From Kovacikia minuta CCNUW1 (GTDB lineage Bacteria > Cyanobacteriota > Cyanobacteriia > Leptolyngbyales > Leptolyngbyaceae), in assembly GCF_020091585.1 (NCBI RefSeq), contig NZ_CP083582.1:4348536-4412535 (forward strand): 64,000 nt of DNA, written 5' to 3'. This document shows, piece by piece, positions 49,709 to 60,335 of the stretch (position 1 is the first letter of the stretch; each line of letters starts with the position of its first letter). Position numbers and translations under genes: made by a program. The notes under the pieces are model-generated. The model ran no database searches. It saw only the letters and a program-made list of their open reading frames with translations, and was not told the DNA's origin.

Positions 49709-50305
49709 CTAACCGAGGTTTTTAGCAACAAAATCCCAGTTCAGCAATTTCTCAAGATAGTTCTTGATGAATGCTGGACGGGCGTTGCGAAAGTCGATGT
49801 AGTAGGCATGTTCCCACACATCCAGGGTTAGCAACGGCTTTTGGCCATGAACGAGGGGGTTTTCGGCGTTGGGGGTTTTGGTCACTTTTAAGCTGCCGTT
49901 GTCTTCAACCAACCATGCCCAACCGCTGCCGAACTGAGTCGTTGCAGCGTTAGCAAATTCCTCAGAGAACTTGTCGAAGCTACCAAAGTCCTTCGCAATT
50001 CGGTCAGACAGGGTGCTGTCGGGCTTACCACCACCACCGGGCTTGAGGGAGTTCCAGTAAAAGTCGTGGTTCCACGCCTGCCCGGAGTTGTTGAAAATTG
50101 CGGTTTTGGAAGGATCTTTAAAGGAAATCTTGACTACCTCCTCCAGGGGTTTGTTAGCCAAGTCAGTTCCTTCAACCATCTTGTTCAAATTATCAACATA
50201 GGCTTTGTGGTGCTTGCCGTAGTGGTACTCCAGGGTTTCGGCTTTCATGCCATACGGCTCTAAAGCATCTTGAGCGAAGGGTAGCGGAGCTTGTTGAAAT
50301 GCCAT
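49709..50305 (-). CDS. sodB: Fe/Mn superoxide dismutase (Fe-SOD-like)
   Basis: 'YHYGKHHKAYV', 'QAWNHDFYW', 'DVWEHAYY' metal-ligand motifs. Confidence 0.95.
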   Translation of the reverse strand: MAFQQAPLPFAQDALEPYGMKAETLEYHYGKHHKAYVDNLNKMVEGTDLANKPLEEVVKISFKDPSKTAIFNNSGQAWNHDFYWNSLKPGGGGKPDSTLSDRIAKDFGSFDKFSEEFANAATTQFGSGWAWLVEDNGSLKVTKTPNAENPLVHGQKPLLTLDVWEHAYYIDFRNARPAFIKNYLEKLLNWDFVAKNLG

Positions 50306-50396
50306 TGTGTTCTTCTCTCTAGTAATGTGCGGTTAAGAGCTAAAGCCTATTTCAGGTTTTCCATTCAAATAAACCGTTTCCACCACAGCGAAAGCT

Positions 50397-50508
50397 GCTG
50401 GAACGCCGATACAGAAACCGGGTTTCTTTTGTGAGATGCCCAAGTTTTGTTGAATATCCTCAGCAGAAACCCGGTTTCTCGAAATACTGTACCGATGCGC
50501 TCGTTTGA
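50397..50508. mobile_element. MITE copy 3 (slightly diverged)
   Basis: 'gaacgccgatacagaaaccgggtttcttttgtgagatgcccaagttttgttgaatatcctcagcagaaacccggtttctcgaaatactgtaccgatgcgctcg'. About 90% identical to copies 1 and 2. Confidence 0.6.
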
Positions 50509-50682
50509 TAGAAACAGAACTTAATAAGAGGAATTTTACCCTAAAGCTCTCAACTGGACTAGCTTCCAAGATACCTCTCAGGGTAGAGATTAAGCGAAGT
50601 CATTACGAGTTTTGCCGATTTGAAATTGGCTTGCCAGGGCAGATAGGGCATGTTGGGGAGTCTCTCCGCTCAGGTTCTCCCC

Positions 50683-52140
50683 TCAATTGACGATAAAATC
50701 ACGAAGTTGTTGGCCAATCACCTCTGGCGAAAAATGTTCTTCTATGCGAAGGCGTGCCCGTTTCCCTAGTTCTCGTGCCCAGGGAATGTCATCCAGAACG
50801 CGCCCCAGTTCTGTCGCAAGTGCCTTTGAATCTCCTCGGGGCACGACGATCCCCCCCGACTTTTCGCCTTCTTCTAAAATATCGGGGACACCGGGCGCAT
50901 CCGCAGCAACGACAGGAATCCCACACGCCATCGCTTCCAACGGTGCGACAGGGAACCCTTCCTGCCGCGATGCAAGTGTATAAACATCTGCTGCTGAAAG
51001 ATAGCAGCAGATTTCTGCGCGATCGTTGACAAACTGATTGCGCCACATTACGCCTCGCAGGTTCATGGTTTCAATCCTCTGGCGGAGTTTGTCGGCATCG
51101 GGACCGGAGCCAACTAACAACAACCGTAAATCTCTATGGGGACGATCGCGGCAAATTTGATCCCAGGCATCAAGCAAAATATCCAAACCTTTGCGATGTA
51201 GATCAATTCGTCCGTGACACACAACAACACAGGCTTCCGGTGGAATATTCAATTTAGCCCTTGCCTGGGCGCGATCGATCGCATGCAGAGTTACCGTGTC
51301 CACCGTGTTAAAAATACGCGCTATTTTGGCAGGGGGTAACTGGTAGCGGGTGCGCACTCGTCGAATCTCGGTTTGGGGCGCAATGATCACACCTGTACAG
51401 GCTCGAAACGCAGCCGATCGGGAAACATATTCAATTAAACTGCGTGTTTCATTGCCTCCCTGGAAAGAAGCGAACACAGGTAAACCGAGCAATCGCCCCA
51501 GCAACACGCAGGTGTCAAATCGGGGAGACTCGTACTCTTGACACAAAATGGCAGTACATCCTTCTCGACGTAATTCTCGCGCTAGAGTGCCAAGGGGGGT
51601 TGCGAGATAAGTGCCAACGCTCCTGGCAATATCTTTTAGTTGTGTCAGCAAGGCACGCCGTTGCTGATTGGTGTCCTGAATTTCCTTAAAAGGTTGTCCT
51701 TCCTCCCCTCCATAAGCTTTTAGCGCCCTGCGACGCATTTTTCGATAGGCAAGATAGGGTTTGGAGGCAGGCAATGCACAAATGATTGAATCGGTTGGTT
51801 TATGAACAAAACGAGTTGGTTTCGTTACATGGGTTGTCACTACAAATTGCACAGAGCGAACACCCACCTTTTTAAGCGCATTAATATAGCCAAACATCCA
51901 GCTACCAACAAACTCGGTGCAAAGTGTTTCAAATGAAATACCAATATGATCGAGAAAATCATCAACCAGATCTAAACTATTCAGAAAGGCGACGGTTGGT
52001 TGGGGGGGTTGTCCCTTTCGCCAACGGGGCGAGTAACATATTCTGAAACCTGATAGTTCACCACCGAAATATTCTCCTCTTTGAAAGTGTAGGTTTAGCG
52101 ATCGGCTCGCTGATAAAAATCGGCGGAAGCACCTATGCAC
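50683..52140 (-). CDS. Glycosyltransferase family 4 (GT-B, RfaB/WcaL-like)
   Basis: C-terminal 'RLLLVGSGPD...ADVYTLASRQEGFPVAPLEAMACGIPVVAAD' GT4 signature. The N-terminal start is uncertain; the ORF has no ATG near 'FRICYSPRW', so an alternative start is likely. Confidence 0.8.
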   Translation of the reverse strand: MHRCFRRFLSASRSLNLHFQRGEYFGGELSGFRICYSPRWRKGQPPQPTVAFLNSLDLVDDFLDHIGISFETLCTEFVGSWMFGYINALKKVGVRSVQFVVTTHVTKPTRFVHKPTDSIICALPASKPYLAYRKMRRRALKAYGGEEGQPFKEIQDTNQQRRALLTQLKDIARSVGTYLATPLGTLARELRREGCTAILCQEYESPRFDTCVLLGRLLGLPVFASFQGGNETRSLIEYVSRSAAFRACTGVIIAPQTEIRRVRTRYQLPPAKIARIFNTVDTVTLHAIDRAQARAKLNIPPEACVVVCHGRIDLHRKGLDILLDAWDQICRDRPHRDLRLLLVGSGPDADKLRQRIETMNLRGVMWRNQFVNDRAEICCYLSAADVYTLASRQEGFPVAPLEAMACGIPVVAADAPGVPDILEEGEKSGGIVVPRGDSKALATELGRVLDDIPWARELGKRARLRIEEHFSPEVIGQQLRDFIVN

Positions 52141-52301
52141 TCAAATTGGACTTTTGTAGCAGCAGATGTAGCGATCCTATGTGGATTGTGAGAAGTGATT
52201 CGGATGGAACTCTTTCTCACAAAGCCTCTCCATCTCACACCCGATTTAGGACTGCTAGGGTGATTGAGGTAGCGCTCTAACCGTTACCCAGTTGAACAAG
52301 T

Positions 52302-53589
52302 CTAGTTCTGACTGATTGTGTGTTTTCTGAATTTACCTCCACCTCTGCCATTGATCGAGGAGGCGGTCAGGAAATTGCGTAGCCAATTGTGGTGGTAGTA
52401 AAAGCCATTGAGTTCCTCAAAAGGCGAAACGGTGTCAGTCGCGTTGGATTGAGAGCGCCGTCCGTAGGGATGGAAGTTCCACAGCATAGCCATCGCCCGT
52501 AAGGTTAAATTGGCTGAGTCCTGATACCCATGAAAATACTGCATCGCAAACAGAACCCGGTCCTGGTAATTCATCAAGCGGTCGAGCATGTTACTGGTAC
52601 GATGAGCCTCTGGAAACTGGTAAGCCAGGGTAAAGTGGGAGGCTTTCACCGATAGATTGAGGATTTTCGTCATCACACTTTCCGGCAGATTTTGCCCAAT
52701 CGCCCAGGCTTGTAGGTGTCGCAAACGTTCAATAAATTCTGCGGCATCGGGAGCGTGATAGATGTTCCACAGTTTATCTTGCAAACTCTGCCACAATTCC
52801 CCTTGCAAGCGGCAGCGTTGGCCGATAGCGAGCACACTGTGCAGGAAACAGAGAATCAGGTTTACTCCTGCAAACAGTCCTCTCCAAGCGTTCTGAGTCG
52901 CCTCCCAACCATCCGTGTTGAGAGTTTGGGGGCTGTAGTGTGAATCCAGTTCTCTCGCTTCTTGGGCAAATACTCTGTACGCCTCTTGCAACGCCTCGCT
53001 TCCCGCTCCTACCGACAACTGGGCCCCTAAAATACAGCCCTCCCCCACCGTCGTTGCCACATACACCCGTTCCCCCTGCCACCAAGTATGCTTTTCATCG
53101 CTTAACAGATGAGGGGGGAATGGCCTCCCCATCTTTGATGGTGGTTCCTACAATGGACGGTCGACCTAAGGACTGAGAGGCTCGATACCAATACATCGCG
53201 TCTTTCCCCAGCACATGGGCAATGGCATCAAACGGCACTCCGAACTGGCGTAGATATAAGCCCTTTTCCACATCTTCCGTATTGCCAATCATGTAAGGCA
53301 TGACAAAATCGGGTCGCAGTTGATAGGCTTCTCCATTGGCCACTAACCGTATGCGCCGACTCACCAGACCTAATTTGGCAGAGGTGCGAAACCCATGGAA
53401 GCAATAACCAGCTTCCATTTCAGCAGGAAATAGTTCGGGGTGTTGAGCAATCTGCTGGTCAAGGTACTGGCGAAATGCTTTGCGGTCTTGGACTAAGGTG
53501 TCGTACTCCACCCCATCACCGATGGGAAGACAAATTGTCTTGTCTCCAGGAACCGTCGAGACATCTTCGCTCATACGAACCTCCCGCAA
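52302..53589 (-). mobile_element. Putative DDE transposase (family uncertain) in two overlapping ORFs (53095..53589 and 52302..53132)
   Basis: Transposase-like sequence in two ORFs that overlap by 38 nt. Flanked by an AT-rich, atypical-composition segment and about 100-bp direct repeats (52160-52270 / 54075-54175). The family assignment is low confidence. Confidence 0.4.
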
Positions 53590-54293
53590 TCCAAATCATC
53601 TACCTTTGAGCCTAACAGCCTTGCTAGGTCTTGACCTTGAAAACACACAATTAATTAGAATTAGGAACAAGTTTCCCCCCAACTTTGGGAGGAATTAGAT
53701 TACAATTCCCTAATTTTAGGGAATTGCAGGAGTCAAGCATCTCACTCCTAACGGTTAATTCTTGAAAAGTTGAGAGATCCTGATTTGGGTCTATACCGTC
53801 TCTTATCAAATTGCTGAAGATATCGATCTCGACTACTGTAAACACCCTGGTCAATAGCAACCAACTAACATACAATCTCTGATCACTATTTGAGATTGTT
53901 CCCCTGATTGTTACTTTACAAAGCCTCTAAACTCAACGATCGATTCAGATATTCTGCTGCCCGTTCCATCAAGTCAAAGGCTTCCAAATATACTAGCTCA
54001 GCTAACAATTTAGCTCAATTCATTCAGCCTCACCACTCATTTTGTTACAAATCGAAAAATATAGTGATTGTCCTATAGCGATCCTATCTGGATTGGGAAA
54101 GGACTTTCCCGGAGGGAAAGACTTTCACCACTCTCCTTCTTCACAAATGATTCAGGACTGCTATATCAAAAAGGTGCTCTTAAAGGTTGTTTGAAAAGCT
54201 TTAATTTATACCAGGGGATCGGTAGTAGCGAAGTATTTAAACAACGATTTGCTAATGTTTTCGGAAACTTTTTTCTAAATGCATTGCCCTTAC

Positions 54294-55446
54294 GTAAACT
54301 ATTTAAGTAGGAGGGTGAAATTAAGTGTAAGATAAAGCGTTCGCTAAAATCGCCTATCATGCCCGCCCCTTTACGCATTCATTTGACCGCTGAGGAAGAC
54401 CGAACCTTAACAGAACTGCGACTGGCTCAGAACCTGCCCCAGCGCACTCGTGACCGCGCCCACATGTTGCGGCTGAACGCTCAGGGATGGAACGTGCCAG
54501 CGATTGCGGACGTGTTCGAGTGCCATCCTCATACGGTCAGAGCGACGCTGCGACGCTGGGAAGAAAAGGGTTTAGGTGGACTCTGGGAAGCTCCAGGACG
54601 GGGTGCAAAACCAAAGTGGCACGCCTCAGACTTGGACTATCTGACAGAGTGTTTGGAGCACGAACCCCGAACCTACAACAGTTTGCAATTAGCCAAAAAG
54701 CTGAAACAAGAGCGCTCCGTCGATTTAAGTAGTGACCGACTCCGCCGACTCCTCAAAAAAAAAACTACCGATGGAAACGCACCCGACAGAGTCATCGTAA
54801 AAAACAAGACCCCCTGCAAAAGGCGCGCAAGCAGGCAGACTTAGAGACCTTAGAGCTAGCCGCACAAGCGGGGCACATTGAACTCAAGTATCTCGATGAA
54901 GCAGGGTTCTGCCTCTGGAGCCCAGTCAGCTACAGCTATAGTCGGGTGGGCGTACAAAAACGGATGGAACAAACACTCAAGCGCTATGGCAACCGGATTA
55001 GCATTTTGGGTCTGTGGCAACCGGGAGAGCGGTTTGAGTATGCCTTAGTGCAAGGCGGATTCAAGGGCAAAAGCTACATTAAGGTGATGGATTGGATGGC
55101 AGACAAAGCCGCTCAAACCTTGGCACAAACAGGTCGCATCACAGTAGTGGTGCAGGATAATGGCTCTCTCCATACCAGTCAACTGGTGCGGCAACAGTGG
55201 TCACGGTGGCAGGAGCAAGGATTATTCTTTTTCTTTTTGCCGCCCTACTGTTCAGAGATGAATCCGATTGAAACCCAGTGGCATCAACTGAAATGTCATG
55301 AGATTGCAGGACAGATGTTTGATAACGAGTACGATTTAGCAATGGCTGTCATGAATGGAATGACAGCTCGTAGCCAAGCAGGTGATTATGCACTGGAGCG
55401 TTTTATATTTAATTGCACCTAGCTACTTACTACTCTTTAAATAGCT
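54294..55446 (+). mobile_element. IS630-family insertion sequence, transposase in two ORFs (54359..54844, 54946..55422) separated at an A10 tract
   Basis: OrfA has the IS630 HTH/winged-helix N-terminus. OrfB has '[11 protein letters not shown]...[19 protein letters not shown]', the DDE motif. Approximate TIRs are 'ctatttaagtagg' and 'cctagctacttac...ctttaaatag'. An A10 run lies at 54755-54764. Confidence 0.7.
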
Positions 55447-55470
55447 TTTTAGAACATCGACAGAACGTTT

Positions 55471-56361
55471 TTAAAAGAAACTAAGAATGCCGCGATCGCC
55501 ATCAATTTCCACCCTTACCCCAACGGGTAAAGCAGCATTTGGACCATCGTGCCCAAAGGGGAGGTGGGAAATGATCGGGATGTTTAGGTCGCTCAGGCGA
55601 TCGCGCAGCACCTCTTCAACAGTGAAACTGGGGACATTAGCGGGTGGATTGCACTGACTGAAGCGCCCCAATGCAATTCCCTTAATTTGCTTTAGAAACC
55701 CGCAGAGTCGCCACTGGGTTAACATCCGGTCAATTCGGTAGGGAGCTTCGCTAACATCTTCTAACGCTAAAACGACGTTGGAGAAATTGGGCTGAATGGG
55801 AGTCCCCAGCAAGTGCGTAGCAACCGTAAGGTTGACCGGTAAGAGGATGCCGGAAGTTTGCCCACCTCCCCAACCTTCGCCCTTCAGGGGGGCTAATGGG
55901 CGACCTTCAACCCAGTCAAACAGGCGTTGAATTGACCAGTCTGGCTCGGCTGCCAGGGTTGTTAACAGCGGCCCATGAACCCCCGAAATACCCTGTTGAC
56001 TGAGGCTCAGCAGCAAACTGGTGATATCGGAAAAGCCGATTAGCCACCGGGGTTTTGTTGGTAGCCAGCTCCACTCTTCCAGCAAACGGGCACCGCCATA
56101 ACCCCCTCTGGCACAGAGAATGCCGCGACACGCGGGATCTTTTAATGCGGTCATCAGTTGTTGACGACGATCGGGATCGGTGCCTGCCAGGTAACCCCAG
56201 CGATCGTCAAAACCAGGAGCCAGTTCGATCTGATAACCGCGCGATCGCCAGATTTCAACCCCTTGCTGAAATGCCTCCAACTCTCGCAGGGTACCGCTTG
56301 GGGCAATTACTTGTAGCAAATCGCCAGGTTGCAGAGGTGGGGGTGGATAACAAGCTTGCAT
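55471..56361 (-). CDS. LD-carboxypeptidase (S66; muramoyl-tetrapeptide carboxypeptidase-like)
   Basis: 'LQVIAPSG...GYLAGTDPDRRQQLMTALKDPACRGILCARGGYGGARLL' S66 pattern with the catalytic Ser context. Confidence 0.8.
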   Translation of the reverse strand: MQACYPPPPLQPGDLLQVIAPSGTLRELEAFQQGVEIWRSRGYQIELAPGFDDRWGYLAGTDPDRRQQLMTALKDPACRGILCARGGYGGARLLEEWSWLPTKPRWLIGFSDITSLLLSLSQQGISGVHGPLLTTLAAEPDWSIQRLFDWVEGRPLAPLKGEGWGGGQTSGILLPVNLTVATHLLGTPIQPNFSNVVLALEDVSEAPYRIDRMLTQWRLCGFLKQIKGIALGRFSQCNPPANVPSFTVEEVLRDRLSDLNIPIISHLPFGHDGPNAALPVGVRVEIDGDRGILSFF

Positions 56362-56609
56362 GACTTGATTGGGATAAATTTAATAGCACATCTTTGGGCA
56401 GCGAATTGTGCGACACACTTTTGGGTGAAGCGCAATTAGAGGGTTGATGCTTTGATTGTGAGATAGTAATCTCAACGATAAACTCCACCATCTGGTGAAC
56501 TTTTTGAAGACCATGCCGTCTAACTATCCGGAAAGGTAAACCACTTTAATGTGTCTACAATCGTTCGTTTCTAGATAGCGACCAATCCTTACTTAGAAAC
56601 TGAAGCACC

Positions 56610-56816
56610 ATGATGAACTCGATACATTCAACAGAACTGAAGGTTGGCGATCGCGTTCGCCTTGTGCGGGGTTCCCTACGCGGACAAACCGCCCGAATTA
56701 CTCGAATTAACCATGATGGCTCCTATTTTCTGATTGGAGATTGGACTCAATATACAGGTTTTGTTTCCGTTCCCTGTGGACCTGTGGAACCCGACAGACT
56801 GGAGAAATTGCACTAA
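56610..56816 (+). CDS. Small hypothetical protein (KOW/SH3-like; possibly DUF3148)
   Basis: 68 aa, 'LKVGDRVRLVRGSLRGQTARI'. Low confidence. Confidence 0.35.
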   Translation: MMNSIHSTELKVGDRVRLVRGSLRGQTARITRINHDGSYFLIGDWTQYTGFVSVPCGPVEPDRLEKLH

Positions 56817-56952
56817 AAAAGGAGTCAGGAGTCAAGATTCAGGAGGGGACAGCCATGCTGGATTCTGACTCCTGGATTCTATTTTCTAGTCAGAGGCAAG
56901 CGGATGGCGAACCGCCAACAGCCCAAGGTATAAAGTTGTTTCCTTACAGCCC

Positions 56953-58009
56953 CTACCCGCCGGTTCCTGCCCGATAAATGTTACCAGGTATATGATTGGC
57001 GTCAATTTCAATCACTAAATCTGCCCCATCTGATCGTTTCACCAAAGGGGTAATGAACAACTCAGGATGGAGGGCTTTCCAAAAGTAATCTACAAATGCA
57101 TCAATGGCGCGATCGCTCATTCCAGCTTTGCCCCTGGCTTGCATGTCCTGTTCTGCTTGTTTTCGCCATTGCTTGCTGAAACGGTAATCGGTGGGATACA
57201 GCACCATCAAACTATCTAACCGTTCCCACAAGGGTAAATAGGTATGCAACTGGGCGTTCATATCACGGGCAAAGGCGCGAGCGGCAGCAGTGGTAATCGG
57301 TGCGGGTGCCTGATCAAAGCAAGCAGGATCAACCGGACGGACGCCGACAAACCAACCCTCAAACAGCACAATGTCGATATTTGTAACCAGGTCTGGAGTG
57401 ACCCGGTCTCCCGCACCCTGGTGGAGCGATTTATCGAAGCGGGGAATAGAAATCGGTCGTTCGGGATTGGGATGGCGTAACTGATCCGAGAAGCTGTATT
57501 CCCAGATCCACATCGTGGGTTCCAGGTGGACCGCGCCAGATGAGGCGGGGGTCTTTTGTTTGCAGCAGCAGTCGATCGCTGTAGGTCTTGTAGAGATCAT
57601 CCAGGGACAGGCTCAGGGTTGGGTAGCCTAAATGTGCCAAAATTAGGGTCAAAACTGCCCCAAGGGTGGTTTTGCCCGTCCCCTGACCCCCCAAAATTCC
57701 CTGCACAAACGGTCGTTGCTGAGCTTGACACTGTTTTGCGAGCCGAACCGCGAGCGGTAGCCATAGGGTCCACAGTGTATTCAGCAACCCTGCTGGAGTA
57801 GCGTTAGAGCGGGTTTGGCAAAACTGGGTAAAAGTTGGATAGATTGCCTGAAGCAATCGTGCCTGTGCTTGAATCGCTTCACCCACATTCTCGGCTGTAA
57901 TGTCAAAGGCGATCGCCCGTCGTCGATCGGCAAGCGCCCAATTCTCTAGCTGCTTCCAGTCTTCCGGTGTACAGAAATAACCCGCCGCTAAGCGCTCAAC
58001 AATCCTCAT
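56953..58009 (-). pseudogene. Plant-type D-glycerate 3-kinase (GLYK) homolog, apparent frameshift near 57480-57500
   Basis: ORF 57431..58009 has the P-loop 'GGQGTGKTTL' and 'SLDDLYKTYSDR'. ORF 56953..57600 continues 'ISIPRFDKSLHQGAGDRVTPDLVTNIDIVLFEGWFVG', the GLYK core, in another frame. Confidence 0.7.
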
Positions 58010-58107
58010 TGATTCAAGATCAGGGATAGGGTTAATTTATTGTACGAGGCTAAGAGAATGGGACAATTGGTATAACCCAAAAGATGGGGCGTTAAGGTTG
58101 AAAATCT

Positions 58108-58809
58108 ATGAGGCAGTCCCGCTCGATCATGGCTTTCATTGCGGTGAAAGCTTCCAGGCAGCTAATTGGTAAGAATTGGGTTGGCGTGTTGCTGCCGGTC
58201 TACCTGGCGAGTCTGCTGGTTGGGTGTTTCAATCGATCGCAGCCCGCCGCCGATGTTCCTTCTCCCAATACTCCGACACCCACAAATCCAGTCAGTTCTC
58301 CCAGTCCCTCACCGACCGGCTCTGCGATCGCTTCGCCGACTGCTACCCCCCCAACTCCCTCCCCAACTTCAAGCGAAAGCCCATCTGGCGTTGCCAAAGA
58401 GCTTGAGGCTCGGCTCAACAAAGCAGTAACCGTAGCGATCGAAACCCCACTCCAGTCGCTCACCTGTCCGGCAGGGGTAGAGATCAAGGTTGGTAATCGG
58501 TTTGACTGTAACGCGGTTTCCGAGGGGCAGGCATTTGCGATCGCGGTTGAAATCACCAGTACAACCGGACCTCAGTTTCAATGGAACACGAAAGGATTGC
58601 TCGTGCTTTCAAAGCTAGAGCAGTTTATCCAACAGCAAATTAGGGATAAAAAAGGGGGGAGCGTCACCGCCGATTGTGGTGGCGGCATTCGAGTTGCCAA
58701 TCCGGGGGATACCTTTGAATGCAAAGTTTCTGACCCCCAGGGACAATCCCGCGCTGCCAAAATCACTGTTAAGGATGAACAAGGAACTGTGGATGTGGCT
58801 TTGATTTAG
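58108..58809 (+). CDS. Lipoprotein with a Pro/Thr/Ser-rich linker and two DUF4333-like Cys-containing repeats
   Basis: Lipobox 'LLVGCF'. Repeats 'LTCPAGVEIKVGNRFDCNAVS' and 'TADCGGGIRVANPGDTFECKVSD'. Confidence 0.5.
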   Translation: MRQSRSIMAFIAVKASRQLIGKNWVGVLLPVYLASLLVGCFNRSQPAADVPSPNTPTPTNPVSSPSPSPTGSAIASPTATPPTPSPTSSESPSGVAKELEARLNKAVTVAIETPLQSLTCPAGVEIKVGNRFDCNAVSEGQAFAIAVEITSTTGPQFQWNTKGLLVLSKLEQFIQQQIRDKKGGSVTADCGGGIRVANPGDTFECKVSDPQGQSRAAKITVKDEQGTVDVALI

Positions 58810-59060
58810 GTGGTAGGTAGGAGGTGGTAGGTAGGAGGGGCTGGAGACTGGAGTTAATTTTTAATTCTTAATTCTCAATTCCTAATTCCTAACTCTTCCC
58901 GTCACTTCCTCCAATTGCATCGGGGATAGCGGTTGCACACCTTGATCCTGTGTTAATGTAGTTTTCGAGAGTTAGATTCGGTCGCGCGGTTTGTTCTTTT
59001 TTTGTTCAGGCTTCTCTCCGGATTTAATCTCTGCAACTTCTAACTTTCCGGAGAATTTCC

Positions 59061-59363
59061 ATGTCAATCTACGTAGGCAACCTTTCCTACGCCGTCACTC
59101 AAGAAGAGCTTTCGGATATCTTTGCTGAATATGGAACCGTTAAGCGGGTCCAATTACCCACCGATCGTGAAACAGGTCGTCCCAGAGGTTTTGGTTTTGT
59201 TGAAATGGAAACCGACGCTGAGGAAGATGCTGCAATAGAAGCCCTCGACGGTGCGGAGTGGATGGGTCGGGATCTAAAAGTCAATAAGGCTAGACCCCGT
59301 GAAGAAAGGAAGCCAGGCGGTAACTTTGGTAATAACAATAGAGGTTATTCCAAGCGCTATTGA
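59061..59363 (+). CDS. RRM-type RNA-binding protein (cyanobacterial Rbp family)
   Basis: RNP2 'IYVGNL', RNP1 'RGFGFVEM', Gly-rich tail. 100 aa. Confidence 0.95.
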   Translation: MSIYVGNLSYAVTQEELSDIFAEYGTVKRVQLPTDRETGRPRGFGFVEMETDAEEDAAIEALDGAEWMGRDLKVNKARPREERKPGGNFGNNNRGYSKRY

Positions 59364-59384
59364 TTCCTAAGAATTTAACCAATG

Positions 59385-59424
59385 CTGTAGAGACGCCCCG
59401 AAGGGGCGTCTCTACAGATTTTTA
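59385..59424 (+). terminator. Rho-independent terminator after the rbp gene
   Basis: Perfect hairpin 'ctgtagagacgcccc-gaag-gggcgtctctacag' followed by 'attttt'. Confidence 0.85.
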
Positions 59425-59438
59425 AGATGATCTTAGAA

Positions 59439-60269
59439 TCATCCCAAGCGTTTTTGCTCACTCCGATAGCGAATATATTCAGCCGAAAAGAATAGGAAGC
59501 CGGACGCCAGGATCAGGATTACACTCAGGGCGTTAATGTCTGGTTTGACCCCTGTTCTGATGCGGCTAAATATTTCCATTGGAAGAGTATTAGTTCCCCC
59601 TCCAGCAGTAAAACTGGCGATCAAAAAGTCATCCATGCTGAGAACAAACGCCAGCAGGCAACCGGAAATGATGGCAGGCGTCAACTCCGGTAGCAAAACC
59701 TGAATGAATGCCTGAACAGGGGTTGCACCCAAGTCCAGAGCCGCTTCTTCCAGATGGGGGTTTAAGTTGGTCAGGCGGGTAGAAACGACTAAAGCAACGT
59801 AGGACAGGCAGAAAACAACATGGGCTGCCACGATCGTCCACAGGTTCAGTTGAATAAGGCCACCACTCAGCGGAATGGCAACAGCTGCCAGAAAAACCAG
59901 GGTAGAAACCGCGATCGCAATATCAGGGATGATTAAGGGCAAATAGGAAATCCCTCGATATATTCCCCTACCCGGAAAATGATAGCGAGCTAACCCAACT
60001 GCCATTAATGTTCCGATGACTGCTGCGATCGCAACGGCAAAGATTGCAACAGCTAGACTATCTCGCAGCGCCGACAGAATTCTTGTATCGCTAAAGAATT
60101 TTCGATACCAGTCCAGCGTAAACCCCTTCCACCCTGCGCTGTAGGGAGACTGGTTAAAACTGTAAAAAGCTAAAACCAGAATAGGCAGATACATAAACCC
60201 AAACATGACCAGGGAGAATAACGCCTGCCAGGAGAGGGGAAGTTTGGAAGAAGGGCGAGGGGGAGGCAT
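59439..60269 (-). CDS. potC: Spermidine/putrescine ABC transporter permease (PotC-like)
   Basis: 6-TM ABC permease with the EAA-like loop 'EEAALDLGATPVQAF'. Last gene of the operon. Confidence 0.8.
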   Translation of the reverse strand: MPPPRPSSKLPLSWQALFSLVMFGFMYLPILVLAFYSFNQSPYSAGWKGFTLDWYRKFFSDTRILSALRDSLAVAIFAVAIAAVIGTLMAVGLARYHFPGRGIYRGISYLPLIIPDIAIAVSTLVFLAAVAIPLSGGLIQLNLWTIVAAHVVFCLSYVALVVSTRLTNLNPHLEEAALDLGATPVQAFIQVLLPELTPAIISGCLLAFVLSMDDFLIASFTAGGGTNTLPMEIFSRIRTGVKPDINALSVILILASGFLFFSAEYIRYRSEQKRLG

Positions 60270-60335
60270 GGTGGAGAGGGATGAGGGATGAGGGAGGAAG
60301 GAGGAAGGCTTTTAGCCTTTAGCGTTTATCCTTTG

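Noticed and set aside
53095-53132. Programmed -1 frameshift in the 52302..53589 transposase
   Set aside because: The geometry (38-nt overlap) fits, but I could not identify a slippery heptamer or assign the family, and this window has many probable sequencing frameshifts. Left as a possibility only.
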